Counted from the first letter of the stretch, positions 1 through 10,358 are shown. The stretch is DNA of 64,000 nucleotides from a bacterium (GCA_023266935.1 JAHFOF010000002.1:68623-132622); one strand, 5' to 3'. A program made the numbers and translations. Notes: a model not told the origin generated them from the sequence alone.

Positions 1-273
1 TATATCAAGACTAAAATTCATATCCTTCATCCAAAATCCGTGCTTGTCCGCAGAAGGAAAAACAAAAAGCATCGCCTGCCCTTCTTCTAAACCCTTGCGA
101 CCACTCAATCCGAGCGTACGCAGAGCATCTGTATCAGCGATTTGGGCGTTCACTTGTGCATCACCAATAGAAACAGTCGTGGTTTTATATTCATTTTGAC
201 TTTTTGGTTCTGGGAAAATAGCTAAAACAAAAAATAGAACGATAATCGTGATAACAGCTACAAGATATTTCAT
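1..273 (-). CDS. DUF192 (COG1430) family secreted protein, 3' end truncated by window edge
   Basis: Minus-strand translation MKYLVAVITIIVLFFVLA...ADTDALRTLGLSGRKGLEEGQAMLFVF...GFWMKDM matches the DUF192 pattern. The frame is open to base 1. Confidence 0.5.
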   Translation of the reverse strand, partial: MKYLVAVITIIVLFFVLAIFPEPKSQNEYKTTTVSIGDAQVNAQIADTDALRTLGLSGRKGLEEGQAMLFVFPSADKHGFWMKDMNFSLDI

Positions 274-379
274 AAATATATTTTAACACATACCTTCGAT
301 CAAATTTAGACAAACAAAAAATCCCGCGTGAGCGAGATTTTTTGACCTTAGATTTTTCCTTGCGGATAAATCGTGGAAG

Positions 380-664
380 TTACATAGGACGTCGATTGTC
401 TCGAGGAGCACGAGGCTCAAGCGGACGAGCGATGTTCACAGTAAGTTTTCGACCTTCGAAATCCTGACCATTGAACATGTTGATTGCTGCATCTGCTTCT
501 GCTTCGTTACTCATCTCAACGAATCCGAAACCTTTGCTTCGACCAGTCATACGATCAATGATGATCGATGCTGAAGTGACAGCACCTGCTTTCGCAAATG
601 CGTCTCGAAGTGCTGCTTCTGTCGTAGTATAAGGAATACCACCGACGTAGAGCTTTGTTGACAT
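380..664 (-). CDS. RRM-type RNA-binding protein
   Basis: RNP-2 LYVGGIPY and RNP-1 KGFGFVEM motifs; 94 aa; Arg-rich C-terminal tail. Confidence 0.85.
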   Translation of the reverse strand: MSTKLYVGGIPYTTTEAALRDAFAKAGAVTSASIIIDRMTGRSKGFGFVEMSNEAEADAAINMFNGQDFEGRKLTVNIARPLEPRAPRDNRRPM

Positions 665-811
665 TACATTTTCTTGCCGGCCTTTATGCTAAGTATGTAA
701 GCGCCGGACTTTTCTCTAGAAACGAAACATTGCGGTTTGACCCTATGTGCCTCTTCCACGAGAACTTACATGCACCTAACCTTAGCAAAATTAAAGCCAT
801 TTGTCAACCTA

Positions 812-1180
812 CTATTTTTCTTTTAGATCGAGGCACACAGAATTGATGCAGTATCTTTGTCCAGTCTTCGTGGGTCCATCATTGAATACGTGGCCCAGGT
901 GAGCCCCACAATTCGCACATTCAACTTCTGTTCGATGTGTGCCCATAGAATTATCTTCCTTTAGAATGATGTTTTTGGTGTTCGCTGGATTATCAAACGA
1001 TGGCCAACCAGTACCTGAATCAAACTTTGCATCAGAATCAAACAATTCTGCTCCACAAACTTTGCAGACATATATGCCTTCATCTTTTGTATGCACAAAT
1101 TCTCCAGTAAAAGGTGCCTCAGTCCCTTTTTCTCGAATCACGTGATATTCTTCTGGTGTTAGTTCGTTGTCTTTTTTCAT
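812..1180 (-). CDS. msrB: peptide methionine (R)-S-oxide reductase MsrB
   Basis: CxxC...CxxC zinc-site pairs, GWPSF motif, catalytic Cys in RYCINS. Confidence 0.85.
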   Translation of the reverse strand: MKKDNELTPEEYHVIREKGTEAPFTGEFVHTKDEGIYVCKVCGAELFDSDAKFDSGTGWPSFDNPANTKNIILKEDNSMGTHRTEVECANCGAHLGHVFNDGPTKTGQRYCINSVCLDLKEK

Positions 1181-1192
1181 TCAATAATTGTA

Positions 1193-1762
1193 TTACATCT
1201 CGACGTCTGTGCCGAGTGAGCCCCAAAGATGAAGGGAGAAGGCGGTTAATTCCCCTTCATACGGTTTGGCCAACCTTCGCATCGTGCGTTCGGCTGGGCG
1301 AGATTTCAGTTTAAAAACTTTTTGGAAACCTTTCACAATCCCCAAATCTCCTACGGGTAAGATATTTGGACGATTCAAAGCAAAGATGAGAAACATGTCA
1401 GCGGTCCACGGACCGATGCCTTTCACCTTCAACAAATGCTCTTTCACTTCTGCATCATTCATTTTTGAAAAATGTCTAAGATGAATCGTCTCATCCAAAA
1501 ACTTTCGAGCGAGGTCGGTGAGATAAGTTTGTTTTTGAGGAGAAAGTCCGGAGGATTTAAGTTGAAGAGAATTCAAAGTCAGAAAATTTTCGGGCGTCAC
1601 CTTTTTCTTTTCAAACAGAATCAAAAATCTTTTAAGAATCGCGTCTCCTGCCTTTAAAGAAATCTGTTGATAAATAATCGCTCGAGCGAGAGACAAGAAA
1701 GCATTCTTCGTCGGTTCAATTCGTCGAAGTTTCTTTTTGTTTATTTTTATTTTTTTCTGCAT
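1193..1762 (-). CDS. alkA: DNA-3-methyladenine glycosylase II, HhH-GPD family
   Basis: HhH motif LKVKGIGPWTADMFL and a downstream catalytic Asp (VGDLGI). Confidence 0.7.
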   Translation of the reverse strand: MQKKIKINKKKLRRIEPTKNAFLSLARAIIYQQISLKAGDAILKRFLILFEKKKVTPENFLTLNSLQLKSSGLSPQKQTYLTDLARKFLDETIHLRHFSKMNDAEVKEHLLKVKGIGPWTADMFLIFALNRPNILPVGDLGIVKGFQKVFKLKSRPAERTMRRLAKPYEGELTAFSLHLWGSLGTDVEM

Positions 1763-2511
1763 TAAGACTCTGGTTGGAGAGTAATGGATTTGATAACCAC
1801 TGGTTCAACCGGCCTGTCGTTCTGATCCGTTGATACAGCATTAATAGCCATCACCACATCCATACCGGAAACCACTTTTCCAAACACCGTGTGTTTAGTG
1901 TCTAAGAAATTATTTGGAGCAGCATTGAAGAAAAATTGGCTACCGTTTGTGTCTGGTCCAGCATTCGCCATCGCAAGTGTGCCTTGATCATTTTTGTTGT
2001 TCGGACCCAACTCATCTTTAAAGGTATACCCCGGACCACCTGTTCCCCATCGAGCCATTTGTGAATCATCTTTTGAAAGAGGATCTCCACCCTGATTCAT
2101 AAATCCTTTAATCACTCTGTGGAACTTGGTCCCATCATAAAAACCTTCGTTAGCAAGTTTAAGAAAGTTTTCAACAGTATTCGGAGTATCAGGATTAAAG
2201 ACGACAGTAATATCTCCTTTGGTGGTATGAAATATGGCGCTCATGATTTTTATGGTTTTAGTGGTAGTTTGCCCCGAATTGGTCGAGGAAGTGGGTTGGT
2301 TATTAATTGGACCAGAGACTACATTGTTCGATGGTGATGAAATGTTGGGTGCTGGCTGGTTAGAAACTGAGTCGTTTGTGGCGGGAGAAACAAGAAGAGG
2401 TTTGTCTGTATTATAAACATTTGCCGTACCCGTGTCCCCCCTCCCGTAGAACCAATACAAACCACCGAGCACCACCACAACTCCAACAAGCATTAACAAT
2501 ACTCTTTGCAT
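1762..2511 (-). CDS. membrane-anchored cyclophilin-type peptidyl-prolyl isomerase
   Basis: N-terminal TM, Ser/Asn/Thr-rich linker, then cyclophilin core ([33 protein letters not shown]). Confidence 0.85.
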   Translation of the reverse strand: MQRVLLMLVGVVVVLGGLYWFYGRGDTGTANVYNTDKPLLVSPATNDSVSNQPAPNISSPSNNVVSGPINNQPTSSTNSGQTTTKTIKIMSAIFHTTKGDITVVFNPDTPNTVENFLKLANEGFYDGTKFHRVIKGFMNQGGDPLSKDDSQMARWGTGGPGYTFKDELGPNNKNDQGTLAMANAGPDTNGSQFFFNAAPNNFLDTKHTVFGKVVSGMDVVMAINAVSTDQNDRPVEPVVIKSITLQPES

Positions 2512-2515
2512 CGAA

Positions 2516-3676
2516 CTAGTTTACCACATTCGACATTTTCTTCAGCATCTCTCCGGCTTCGTCGGTGTGGATGACAAAAACTTTTACCTTGCCTCCGTTC
2601 GAAATGTCATCTCCATCTACTGCAGAAATATTTTTCTCATTATTTATATTTAAATCGAGCCAACTCAACTCTTTACAAATTTTTTCTCGGATAATAAAAG
2701 ATCTTTCACCGATGGTACCGGAGAAGACAATCGCCTCTACTCCACCGAGCACCGCAGTATACGCCCCGATATATTTTATAATATGATAAACGAAAGCTTC
2801 TACCGCATCTTTCGCTCCTCCATGACCTTCTTTTTCTGCATCCAAGAGAATTCGCATATCATCTGAAAGTCCGCTGATAGCTAACAATCCACTTTGATTA
2901 TAAAAAATTTCTTCTAATTCGTTCGGAGAATGTTTCCTCGTCAGATTAAGCACCGCGCCTACATCGATGTTCCCCACTCTCGAACTCATGATTAAACCTT
3001 CGAGTGGAGAATAACCCATCGAAGTATCTACGCTCTGACCGTCGAGTAATGCGGTGATACTCGCTCCACTCCCGAGGTGACAGACGATCACCTTGCCTCC
3101 GATTACTTCTTTTAATTTTGGATTAGAAGCAATACTCGAGACGGATAATCCGTGGTATCCGAATCTATACAGATCTTCGTTTTCGACCAAAGCTTTCGGG
3201 ATAGCATAATCTCGAGCCACCTTGAGTAAAGTTGAATGAAAGGCACTGTCCGATACAGCTACTATTTGTATATTCGGGAACAAACTTCGAGTTTTTTCCA
3301 TCTCTTGAATCATCGGTCCAATGTGAACCAAATCGTTCTGGGCTATAGCATTTAATCGTTTTAAAAATTCTTCATCTACTGTTCGATCAACAGCAAAAAA
3401 GACTCCAGGAGCAACGATTCTGAACCCGATATTTTGAATGGGTTTGGCCTCGCTTATTAAAGCTTTCTCTCTGGCTTTTTTTATAAAAGTTTCTAGAGCG
3501 TTTTCAAATATGTCTTGTGTCGTGGATAAAGTCGTTTCGTTTGAATAAGAAAGAGCGAAAGAATCTTTATCTCTTTCAAAATGCGCAGTCAACAATAAAT
3601 TATTTCCTGAATACAAAGAATATTTTTTCGAAGCGCTGCCGATGTTTATGACGAGAATTAATTTTTCCATTGCCAT
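2516..3676 (-). CDS. ackA: acetate kinase
   Basis: [17 protein letters not shown]-terminal ATPase motif, [16 protein letters not shown]; adjacent to phosphoketolase. Confidence 0.75.
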   Translation of the reverse strand: MAMEKLILVINIGSASKKYSLYSGNNLLLTAHFERDKDSFALSYSNETTLSTTQDIFENALETFIKKAREKALISEAKPIQNIGFRIVAPGVFFAVDRTVDEEFLKRLNAIAQNDLVHIGPMIQEMEKTRSLFPNIQIVAVSDSAFHSTLLKVARDYAIPKALVENEDLYRFGYHGLSVSSIASNPKLKEVIGGKVIVCHLGSGASITALLDGQSVDTSMGYSPLEGLIMSSRVGNIDVGAVLNLTRKHSPNELEEIFYNQSGLLAISGLSDDMRILLDAEKEGHGGAKDAVEAFVYHIIKYIGAYTAVLGGVEAIVFSGTIGERSFIIREKICKELSWLDLNINNEKNISAVDGDDISNGGKVKVFVIHTDEAGEMLKKMSNVVN

Positions 3677-5985
3677 GAGGTTATGTATTCTGGATCGTCT
3701 CCATTTGTTTCGATATAATCTCGATGCTCGGCCAACAACTTTTCATATTTATTTTTTATCTCATTCGCTTTGTCTTTGCTTATCACTCCTCTCTCACTCA
3801 TAAGATCAACCGCTTCGATAATGAGGTGAAAACGACTAGTTCTGTTTCTCACTTGCATATCGAATGGAGTGGTCGTCGAACCGTGTTCTAAATATCCATG
3901 GATGTAGAAACGCCCAACTGCACTTTCTTCATCGAACAAAATTTGTTTAATCGTTTCTGGATAACCGTGGAAATTCAAAATCACCGGTTTATCTTCAGTA
4001 AAATATTTTTTAAAATCAGACATGAATCCTTTGGGTTTGGTTTCTTCCCTCCCGCTCGAAGAAAGTTCGACGATGTTCACAAAACGAGTTTTGATTTCCG
4101 GAGCGTCTTCTTTTAAAAGAGAAATCGCAGCCAAACATTCTTTGGTCAGATAATCTCCAGCTGAAGAAAAAATGATGTCTGGATTTTCTTCGCTCGCAAA
4201 GTCCCAAATCATCGCTCCTTTATCAAGCGCTTCCTCAGCTTGTTCGAGAGTGAGCCATTCGGGCATATCGGCCTTACCCGAAACCAAAGCATTGATTTGT
4301 TCCTTGGATTCTAAACATTTCTTCAAAGCGACGAGAGTGCTGTTCCTGTCCACGGGGAAATAAACATGAACGAACGAACCGTGTTTCTGAAGTACCGAAT
4401 CGATGAAACCGGGGTTTTGGTGAGAAAAACCGTTGTGCTCTTGTGCCCAACCGGGGCTCGTTAAAATATAGTTAAGCGAAGCCACGTGTCCTCTCCAAGG
4501 TATCTCTCGAGCAACACGAATAAACTTGGCATATTGGTCTGTCATACTGCTCACTATGGGCATAAAGGCTTCATACGAAGGAAAGATAGCGTGTCGACCG
4601 GTCAAAACATATCCTTGCATCAAACCTTGGAGAGAGTGCTCGGAAAGCATCTCTATCACTCGACCGGTACGAGCCATGTCTTCATCTTGATCCAGGTGTG
4701 GCCAAACGAAGGCTCTAGTTGTGGCTTCGAAAATTGCGTTTAATTTATTTGAATAAGTTTCGTCAGGAGAAAAGATGCGAAAGTTTTTTGAAGGTTCGTT
4801 CATATCCAACACTCGTTTGAGATAATGCCCCGCAGATTTCATACTGCTTGCAAGCGTCGCACCAGGAGACGTCACCGCCCCAGCATCTTCGGTCACTTCG
4901 GGCAAAAACAAATCATGGCAAACCTTTTCTCCGCCGAAACATTGTCTGTTGTTTCCTATTCTCCTGTCTTCTTTAGGAATTAATCCTTTGATTTCTTCTA
5001 CGAAACCTTTTTCTTTATCAAAAAGTTCATTGAATTTATACGAACGTAACCAATCTTCAACCGCTTTCAATTCTTCCGGATCACTCTTCGCATTTGTAGC
5101 TACCACTTGATGTGAAGCGAAGTTGCCTTCGATTTTTTTGCCGTGCAATTCTTTTATCCCACTCTCTCCTTTGAGTGTAGTAAGCACAATCATCGGAAAG
5201 TGGGGAGAAACGGGGTTTGATTTTTTAATCTCCAGAATTTCTTCATAGCAATCTTCGAGCGTTTTAGATAATCGTTCGTGCACTCCTTCACCACCTTCGA
5301 CAAAATGCGGTTTGTATCCGTAGCCAACGAACAAAGAATTTAATTCTTCATCAGACATTCGACCAAAAATAGTTGGACCGGAAATTTTATAACCATTCCT
5401 ATGAAGCACCGGTAGAACCGTCCCATTCGTTTTTGGGTCGATGAATTTATTTATATGCCATGCTGTGGCCAAAGGTCCCGTTTCTGCTTCTCCATCACCG
5501 ATGAGAACAGTAGCAATCAAATTTGGATTATCTAAAACTGCTCCATACGCAGTTGAAAGTGAATAACCAAGCTCTCCCCCTTCGAGTATGGCTCCAGGGG
5601 TACCCGGATTAGTGTGGCTAGGAAATCCATACGGCCAGCTGAAAAGCTTTATCATCTCACTAATACCCTTTTCATTCTGCGTGAGGTTCGGGTAATACTT
5701 TGAAAGAGTACCTTCGAGAAAGAGGTTCGCCTGAAGTCCAGCGAAGCCGTGTCCAGGACCCAATACAAAAATCATGTCCAAATCGTGCTTTATCACCAAC
5801 GCATTCAGATGTGCATAGAGAAGGTTCACCCCTGGACAAGTCCCCCAGTGTCCGAGCAAACGGGGCTTTATATCATCAAATGAGAGTGGCCGTTCGAGTA
5901 GAAAATTATCCTTGAGAAATATCTGCGCAGTGGTCATATAGTTCGCCGCCCGAACATACATTTCAAAGTTTTTGTCTTCAATCAT
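3658..5985 (-). CDS. xfp: xylulose-5-phosphate/fructose-6-phosphate phosphoketolase
   Basis: 775 aa; GHWGTCPG and TPP-enzyme motifs; classic xfp–ackA pair. Confidence 0.9.
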   Translation of the reverse strand: MIEDKNFEMYVRAANYMTTAQIFLKDNFLLERPLSFDDIKPRLLGHWGTCPGVNLLYAHLNALVIKHDLDMIFVLGPGHGFAGLQANLFLEGTLSKYYPNLTQNEKGISEMIKLFSWPYGFPSHTNPGTPGAILEGGELGYSLSTAYGAVLDNPNLIATVLIGDGEAETGPLATAWHINKFIDPKTNGTVLPVLHRNGYKISGPTIFGRMSDEELNSLFVGYGYKPHFVEGGEGVHERLSKTLEDCYEEILEIKKSNPVSPHFPMIVLTTLKGESGIKELHGKKIEGNFASHQVVATNAKSDPEELKAVEDWLRSYKFNELFDKEKGFVEEIKGLIPKEDRRIGNNRQCFGGEKVCHDLFLPEVTEDAGAVTSPGATLASSMKSAGHYLKRVLDMNEPSKNFRIFSPDETYSNKLNAIFEATTRAFVWPHLDQDEDMARTGRVIEMLSEHSLQGLMQGYVLTGRHAIFPSYEAFMPIVSSMTDQYAKFIRVAREIPWRGHVASLNYILTSPGWAQEHNGFSHQNPGFIDSVLQKHGSFVHVYFPVDRNSTLVALKKCLESKEQINALVSGKADMPEWLTLEQAEEALDKGAMIWDFASEENPDIIFSSAGDYLTKECLAAISLLKEDAPEIKTRFVNIVELSSSGREETKPKGFMSDFKKYFTEDKPVILNFHGYPETIKQILFDEESAVGRFYIHGYLEHGSTTTPFDMQVRNRTSRFHLIIEAVDLMSERGVISKDKANEIKNKYEKLLAEHRDYIETNGDDPEYITSWQWKN

Positions 5986-6047
5986 GTATATAGAATACCA
6001 TTATTTGACCCTAACCCCCATACTCCTTTCCACCATTATTAATGGTT

Positions 6048-6443
6048 TTATTTGTTAAACTCCAGGTTCAAACTCACGAGTTTGTGGAGTTCAACTTTGA
6101 ATGAAATAGGTCTAAGCACGTTAGACATGCTGTTTGCACCTTCACCAATCGTATAGTTTCCAGGGACTAAATCTTGAGAAAAATATCCGCCTGCATCAGT
6201 TCTCACTATGATTTCTTTAGTTCCACTTCTTATCACCAAAGCAGTTTGTTGGGGTTGACCACCTATGGTCACTATCCCTTCTACTCCTGTATCCACTCTA
6301 CCCGGTCGAGCGACAATCACTTCGTTTGGTTGTTCTTGGCTGATAATATAGTCCACAACTTTCGGCACCCAAGTTTTCTGTGTGAGCAACAATCCAATAC
6401 CAATAATAATTAGAATAAAAAGAAAAATCCGGATGAACTTCAT
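6048..6443 (-). CDS. membrane-anchored CarboxypepD_reg-like domain protein
   Basis: N-terminal TM followed by GRVDTGVEGIVTIGG...TDAGGYFSQDLVPGNYTI pattern; start placed at the MKFIRIF internal Met. Confidence 0.45.
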   Translation of the reverse strand: MKFIRIFLFILIIIGIGLLLTQKTWVPKVVDYIISQEQPNEVIVARPGRVDTGVEGIVTIGGQPQQTALVIRSGTKEIIVRTDAGGYFSQDLVPGNYTIGEGANSMSNVLRPISFKVELHKLVSLNLEFNK

Positions 6444-6557
6444 TTGTGAAGAATTAATCATTCTTATATTTTATCACCAATGTCAACCATTCGACCATTC
6501 GCACAAATTAAAGATGGTTTTTCAAACTTAGAAAAAACTCCGTAGGTTTCTACGGAG

Positions 6558-7181
6558 TTACCAGCGTTTGCGGGTAGTGATAGCTGGGGTAACAACTTTG
6601 CCCTCCTCGGCCAGTTTCTGTCGATACTGGGCTCGTTTGTGACGAGCAATCTTCACATAGAGCTTCATACCCAGAGGCAGTGGGGTATCCCAGTTGCAAA
6701 CAACGAATTTGCGCGTTGGATGTTGGGTCTTGTTCCCACAATACCAGTATCGACTCTTCAGTACCCGCCCGTGGACAACCATCATGAATTCTCCACATTG
6801 CGGACACTTCGGCCGATAACGCACTCGGATTCGAGCAACTCTCGCTTGATTCAGCAAGTTATCCAAAAAGTTCTTCGTCCGATGAATCGGGTGACTCGAG
6901 TAGAGAATCTTGTCATCCCCTACGATGAGCACCCAACCAGCGTCTTCTTCCCTCGCTTCGCCTTCGTCTCGGAGCCAGGTGGTCCAGACATAAACATCCA
7001 GACCGTTGTCCGAATAGACATAGCCGGCTTCCTTGCCCGACCTCTGGCGTGGAGGTTTGAGACCAAACTTCAGGATATCCCTTCCCACTTCTGCAGAAGA
7101 GACTGGCCGAAAACCAAATCCAGTGAGGCGAGATTCAAATATCTCGAACTCGATGGGGTTCGGCAAGATTTTTTTTGGCAC
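6558..7181 (-). CDS. hypothetical zinc-ribbon protein in a GC-rich segment
   Basis: CPQC...YWYCGNK...VCNW Cys cluster. Visibly GC-richer than its neighbours. No family recognised. Confidence 0.4.
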   Translation of the reverse strand: MPKKILPNPIEFEIFESRLTGFGFRPVSSAEVGRDILKFGLKPPRQRSGKEAGYVYSDNGLDVYVWTTWLRDEGEAREEDAGWVLIVGDDKILYSSHPIHRTKNFLDNLLNQARVARIRVRYRPKCPQCGEFMMVVHGRVLKSRYWYCGNKTQHPTRKFVVCNWDTPLPLGMKLYVKIARHKRAQYRQKLAEEGKVVTPAITTRKRW

Positions 7182-7272
7182 TTAAACCTCCGACGAAAAA
7201 ATGAGGAGCAAGATGTGCGTTCCTAAACCATTTATAACCTTTTAAATAAAAAACCACAAGACTAGCTTGTGG

Positions 7273-7494
7273 TTATAACAAATCAATATACGGACGAACT
7301 TTGATGTAGCACTGGAACCACCATGCGACACCACAGAGAACAGTAACGATGCGAAAGTGATTAGCAAACTCCCGTCCGCCGACGGAGAAAAACAGAAATT
7401 CGAACGCTGTGATGATGATGGCCATCCCACCGAACCCGATGAACACAAGATACGTCTTCGGGCGCTGGATGGAGAGAGATCTAAAGAACCCCAT
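7273..7494 (-). CDS. possible small two-TM membrane protein
   Basis: Internal Met MGFFRSL... in a 116-aa frame, starting just after the upstream gene's stop; hydrophobic. Confidence 0.25.
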   Translation of the reverse strand: MGFFRSLSIQRPKTYLVFIGFGGMAIIITAFEFLFFSVGGREFANHFRIVTVLCGVAWWFQCYIKVRPYIDLL

Positions 7495-7511
7495 GTTGTT
7501 TCCTCCTGAAG

Positions 7512-8045
7512 TCACACGGTGATGGTCTGCTTCCCTCGCCTCTGCCTGATTGTTCTCAAACGACCAAACAGAGAAATCGAAGGAATAACAACAAATGTGA
7601 GGACAGCACCAGCAATCAACCAAACCAAGATGAAAGCGATGACCGCCGGACCAAGAATGAAAGCCAGACCGTGCGTGAACCAGAACGAGAAGTGTCCTCC
7701 ATTGAAATCATAGAAGATATCCTCGAAAAGATCCTGTTCGACCGCTTCTTGGTAATTCCAGTTGCGTTTGATGCCGAAAAGATGTCCATTCGAACTATGC
7801 AGTTGCTGGTTTGCCCATCGAATTCGATGCTTCTGACCACCGGGGAGGTAGCATGGAGCGATCTCCCTAAAGCATTCGAAAGCCAAGGTCCATCGCCCAC
7901 GACTGAGTCGGCCACTCCGCAAAGCATAGCCAACGCTCGTCAGAAAGTACCAACCCATAAAACAAATGATTAGGTACCCGATGGTTGAGAGGATGACGAG
8001 CGAGGTGAAAGCCCAGCTGGGCAGATTGAAAATCTGTTCATGCAT
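7512..8045 (-). CDS. hypothetical membrane protein in the GC-rich segment
   Basis: 177 aa with several TM helices; no recognisable family. Confidence 0.4.
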   Translation of the reverse strand: MHEQIFNLPSWAFTSLVILSTIGYLIICFMGWYFLTSVGYALRSGRLSRGRWTLAFECFREIAPCYLPGGQKHRIRWANQQLHSSNGHLFGIKRNWNYQEAVEQDLFEDIFYDFNGGHFSFWFTHGLAFILGPAVIAFILVWLIAGAVLTFVVIPSISLFGRLRTIRQRRGKQTITV

Positions 8046-8126
8046 CGTGACCTCATGCGTTGTGAGAGAGCGAAAGTCTTAAACCATAAAAGCATCTGAA
8101 GTAAATTTTGTCAAATTTTCCGACTT

Positions 8127-8214
8127 TGGCGGAAGCGGAGAGATTCGAACTCTCGGTGGGTTTCCCCACGCCACGTTTCCAACGTGGTGCACTAGACCAC
8201 TATGCGACGCTTCC
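8127..8214 (-). tRNA. tRNA-Ser (GGA)
   Basis: Reverse complement GGAAGCG...CCACG-TTGGAAA-CGTGG...long variable arm...TTCGAAT...CGCTTCCGCCA. Anticodon GGA; CCA encoded. Confidence 0.85.
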
Positions 8215-8236
8215 CGATATTAATTTTGAAAGCTTT

Positions 8237-8297
8237 CACTAGACCACCCATCGCCTTTGGCGAGGTCCCGCCGTAGGCGGTGATATGCGACGCTTCC
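8237..8297 (-). pseudogene. partial duplicate of the tRNA-Ser 5' end (nt 1-14 and 15-25) interrupted by a 36-nt double-hairpin element
   Basis: cactagaccac (8237-8247) and tatgcgacgcttcc (8284-8297) are identical to tRNA positions 15-25 and 1-14. A 36-nt insert lies between them. Confidence 0.7.
8248..8283 (-). repeat. 36-nt double-hairpin motif, copy C (degenerate, compensatory stem changes)
   Basis: TCACCGCC-tac-GGCGG GACC TCGCC-aaa-GGCGA TGG in tRNA orientation. Hairpin 2 is TCGCC/GGCGA versus CCGCA/TGCGG in the other copies. Confidence 0.6.
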
Positions 8298-8314
8298 AGA
8301 ATACAAATACTATA

Positions 8315-8965
8315 TTATTTGGCGATTTCTGAATACACCACCACTTTATTTCTCCCACTTCTTTTCGCTTTGTATAAACATTTATCCGCACGATCGATGA
8401 TATTTTCAAAGGTTACGCCTTCATCTGTCGAGGCCACTCCTGCAGAAATAGTAACTTTGAATCCATCATCTTCATTAAATGCGAGGCGCTCGATTGCTTT
8501 CCTGATTTCTTCGGCTTTCTTCTTCGCCTGCTTCTCATCTGCTCCGAGGAGAGCGACCACGATTTCTTCCCCACCCCATCTGCATACTACGTCTTCATCT
8601 CGCACGCATTCTTCTATAGTATGAGCGACCACTTTCAACACTTCGTCTCCAGTGAGGTGCCCATGCTTATCATTTATTTTTTTAAAATGATCGATATCGA
8701 AAAAAATAAAACTCATGTTCTTTAATCCAAACCATGCTCGTCTCTGTGAATGTCTTTCACCTTCTATAGAATTAAAGTGATTACGCGCTTCAACATTAAA
8801 AAACGCACGAGTCTTTATATGAGTCAACGAATCATGAATGAGGTCTTGTTGGAGAAGTTTAACCTTGTGCTCCAAATCAACGATGCGTTTCCTCATTTCT
8901 TCTGGAGTCTGAATTTCTTTCATTTTATCTAGATTACCATTTTCCTGAAGACCCGCCACCCCCAC
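8315..8965 (-). CDS. GGDEF-domain diguanylate cyclase
   Basis: GGEEI active-site motif, RADKCLYKAKRSGRN, N-terminal coiled coil. Confidence 0.85.
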   Translation of the reverse strand: MGVAGLQENGNLDKMKEIQTPEEMRKRIVDLEHKVKLLQQDLIHDSLTHIKTRAFFNVEARNHFNSIEGERHSQRRAWFGLKNMSFIFFDIDHFKKINDKHGHLTGDEVLKVVAHTIEECVRDEDVVCRWGGEEIVVALLGADEKQAKKKAEEIRKAIERLAFNEDDGFKVTISAGVASTDEGVTFENIIDRADKCLYKAKRSGRNKVVVYSEIAK

Positions 8966-9794
8966 TCATGCCTCCACCGAACCCTCCGAAACCTCCACCA
9001 AAACCACCACCCCCACCTCTGCCTCCTCCAATCCACCAGGGAGGATTCGTACCGGATAATTTATGTTTCTCGTATTGTTTAGAAACAAGATAATCCAATA
9101 GGAGACCGAAGGGAATAAGCACGATGCCCGCGATTATCCCCACAGTTAAGGAGGAAACAAACACCAAAATAATACTAATGATTCCCCCAAGTACTCCACC
9201 CATCCACCAAGATTTGGATCGACCCAAAATAGAAATCAAATAAATGATGAAAAATGGAATGTAAATCCATAATCTAGAAAACAGCGAAAAGTTCAATGTT
9301 TGAGGAGGAGGAAGTGCACCCCCGTTTAATAAATTTGTGATCTGATCCGCACCGAGTCCTAACCCCAAAGCATAATTCCCTTTCTTAAACTCTGGAGTAA
9401 TAATCTCATTTATGATTCTCGAAGTGGTGATATCTGTGAGCGTCGACTCGAGTCCGTACCCAACTTCCATTCTCATTTCCCTGTCATCTACTGAAACAAG
9501 AATAAGGGCGCCGTTGTTTTTGTCTTTTTTTCCAATTCCCCAATCTGCGAACAATTTGACCGCAAAGTTTTCTATCGTATCTCCATCGAGAGATTTTATA
9601 ATCACTATAGACACTTCGTCTCCTGTAGATTTCTCTAGAGCCGAAAGTTTATTTTCTAGAAACGATTTATCCTGAACAGAAAGTATTTGAGCAAAATCGT
9701 TCACAAACCCTGTTGATTGACCGGGATTCGTATAAGCGAAAGACAGGATAGGAATTAAAAGCAACCCAAAAACTGGCGCTACAAATTTCCGCAT
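8934..9794 (-). CDS. TPM-domain (TLP18.3/Psb32/MOLO-1) protein with TM and Gly-rich tail
   Basis: VNDFAQILS...EKSTGDEVSIVIIKSL...GALILVSVDDREMRMEVGYGLE; C-terminal GGGRGGGGGFGGGFGG tail. Confidence 0.75.
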   Translation of the reverse strand: MRKFVAPVFGLLLIPILSFAYTNPGQSTGFVNDFAQILSVQDKSFLENKLSALEKSTGDEVSIVIIKSLDGDTIENFAVKLFADWGIGKKDKNNGALILVSVDDREMRMEVGYGLESTLTDITTSRIINEIITPEFKKGNYALGLGLGADQITNLLNGGALPPPQTLNFSLFSRLWIYIPFFIIYLISILGRSKSWWMGGVLGGIISIILVFVSSLTVGIIAGIVLIPFGLLLDYLVSKQYEKHKLSGTNPPWWIGGGRGGGGGFGGGFGGFGGGMSGGGGSSGKW

Positions 9795-9800
9795 TTGGGT

Positions 9801-10358
9801 TTATTGGAGATTAACCGTCGGAGCTGTAGCCGAACCAGAAGTGGCTTCAAAGTATGTTCGTTCATGAAAACCAAAGAGTCCAACAAATAGGTTTGTTGGG
9901 AATCTTTTCACCACGAGGTTAAAACTTTTAACCATGTCGTTGTATCTCATGCGTTCTACACTGATTCGGTTTTCTGTTCCTTCGAGCGAAACCATGAGGT
10001 CCTTCACATTGTTTGATGATTGAAGTGCAGGATAATTCTCCATCACAACTAATAATCGTGCGAAAGAAGATTCGACTTGGGTAGCCGCTGCTGCTTTGGT
10101 ATCTGGAGTGGTCGCACCGGCGTATTTAGTACGAGCATCAGCGATATCACCGAAAACTTTTTGCTCTTGAGTCATCATCCCTTTCACTGAATTTACGAGG
10201 CTGGGAATGAGGTCAAAGCGCCTCTGATAATTCGACTCAACTTGCGCCCATTGGGCATCCGCATTTTGGTTTAGAGTGACAAGTTTGTTATACGAAGACC
10301 AAACATACAACACCACGAGTACAGCAACACCTAAAACAATCCATTTTGTTTTACTCAT
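9801..10358 (-). CDS. LemA family protein
   Basis: N-terminal TM; NADAQWAQVESNYQRRFDLIP...ENYP LemA signature; conserved LemA–TPM pairing. Confidence 0.85.
   Translation of the reverse strand: MSKTKWIVLGVAVLVVLYVWSSYNKLVTLNQNADAQWAQVESNYQRRFDLIPSLVNSVKGMMTQEQKVFGDIADARTKYAGATTPDTKAAAATQVESSFARLLVVMENYPALQSSNNVKDLMVSLEGTENRISVERMRYNDMVKSFNLVVKRFPTNLFVGLFGFHERTYFEATSGSATAPTVNLQ

Noticed and set aside
8934-9794. C-terminal GGGRGGGGGFGGGFGG tail of the TPM protein as a possible repeat element
   Set aside because: In-frame coding low-complexity Gly-rich tail is common in TPM/LemA-associated proteins; not a DNA-level repeat shared elsewhere in the window.
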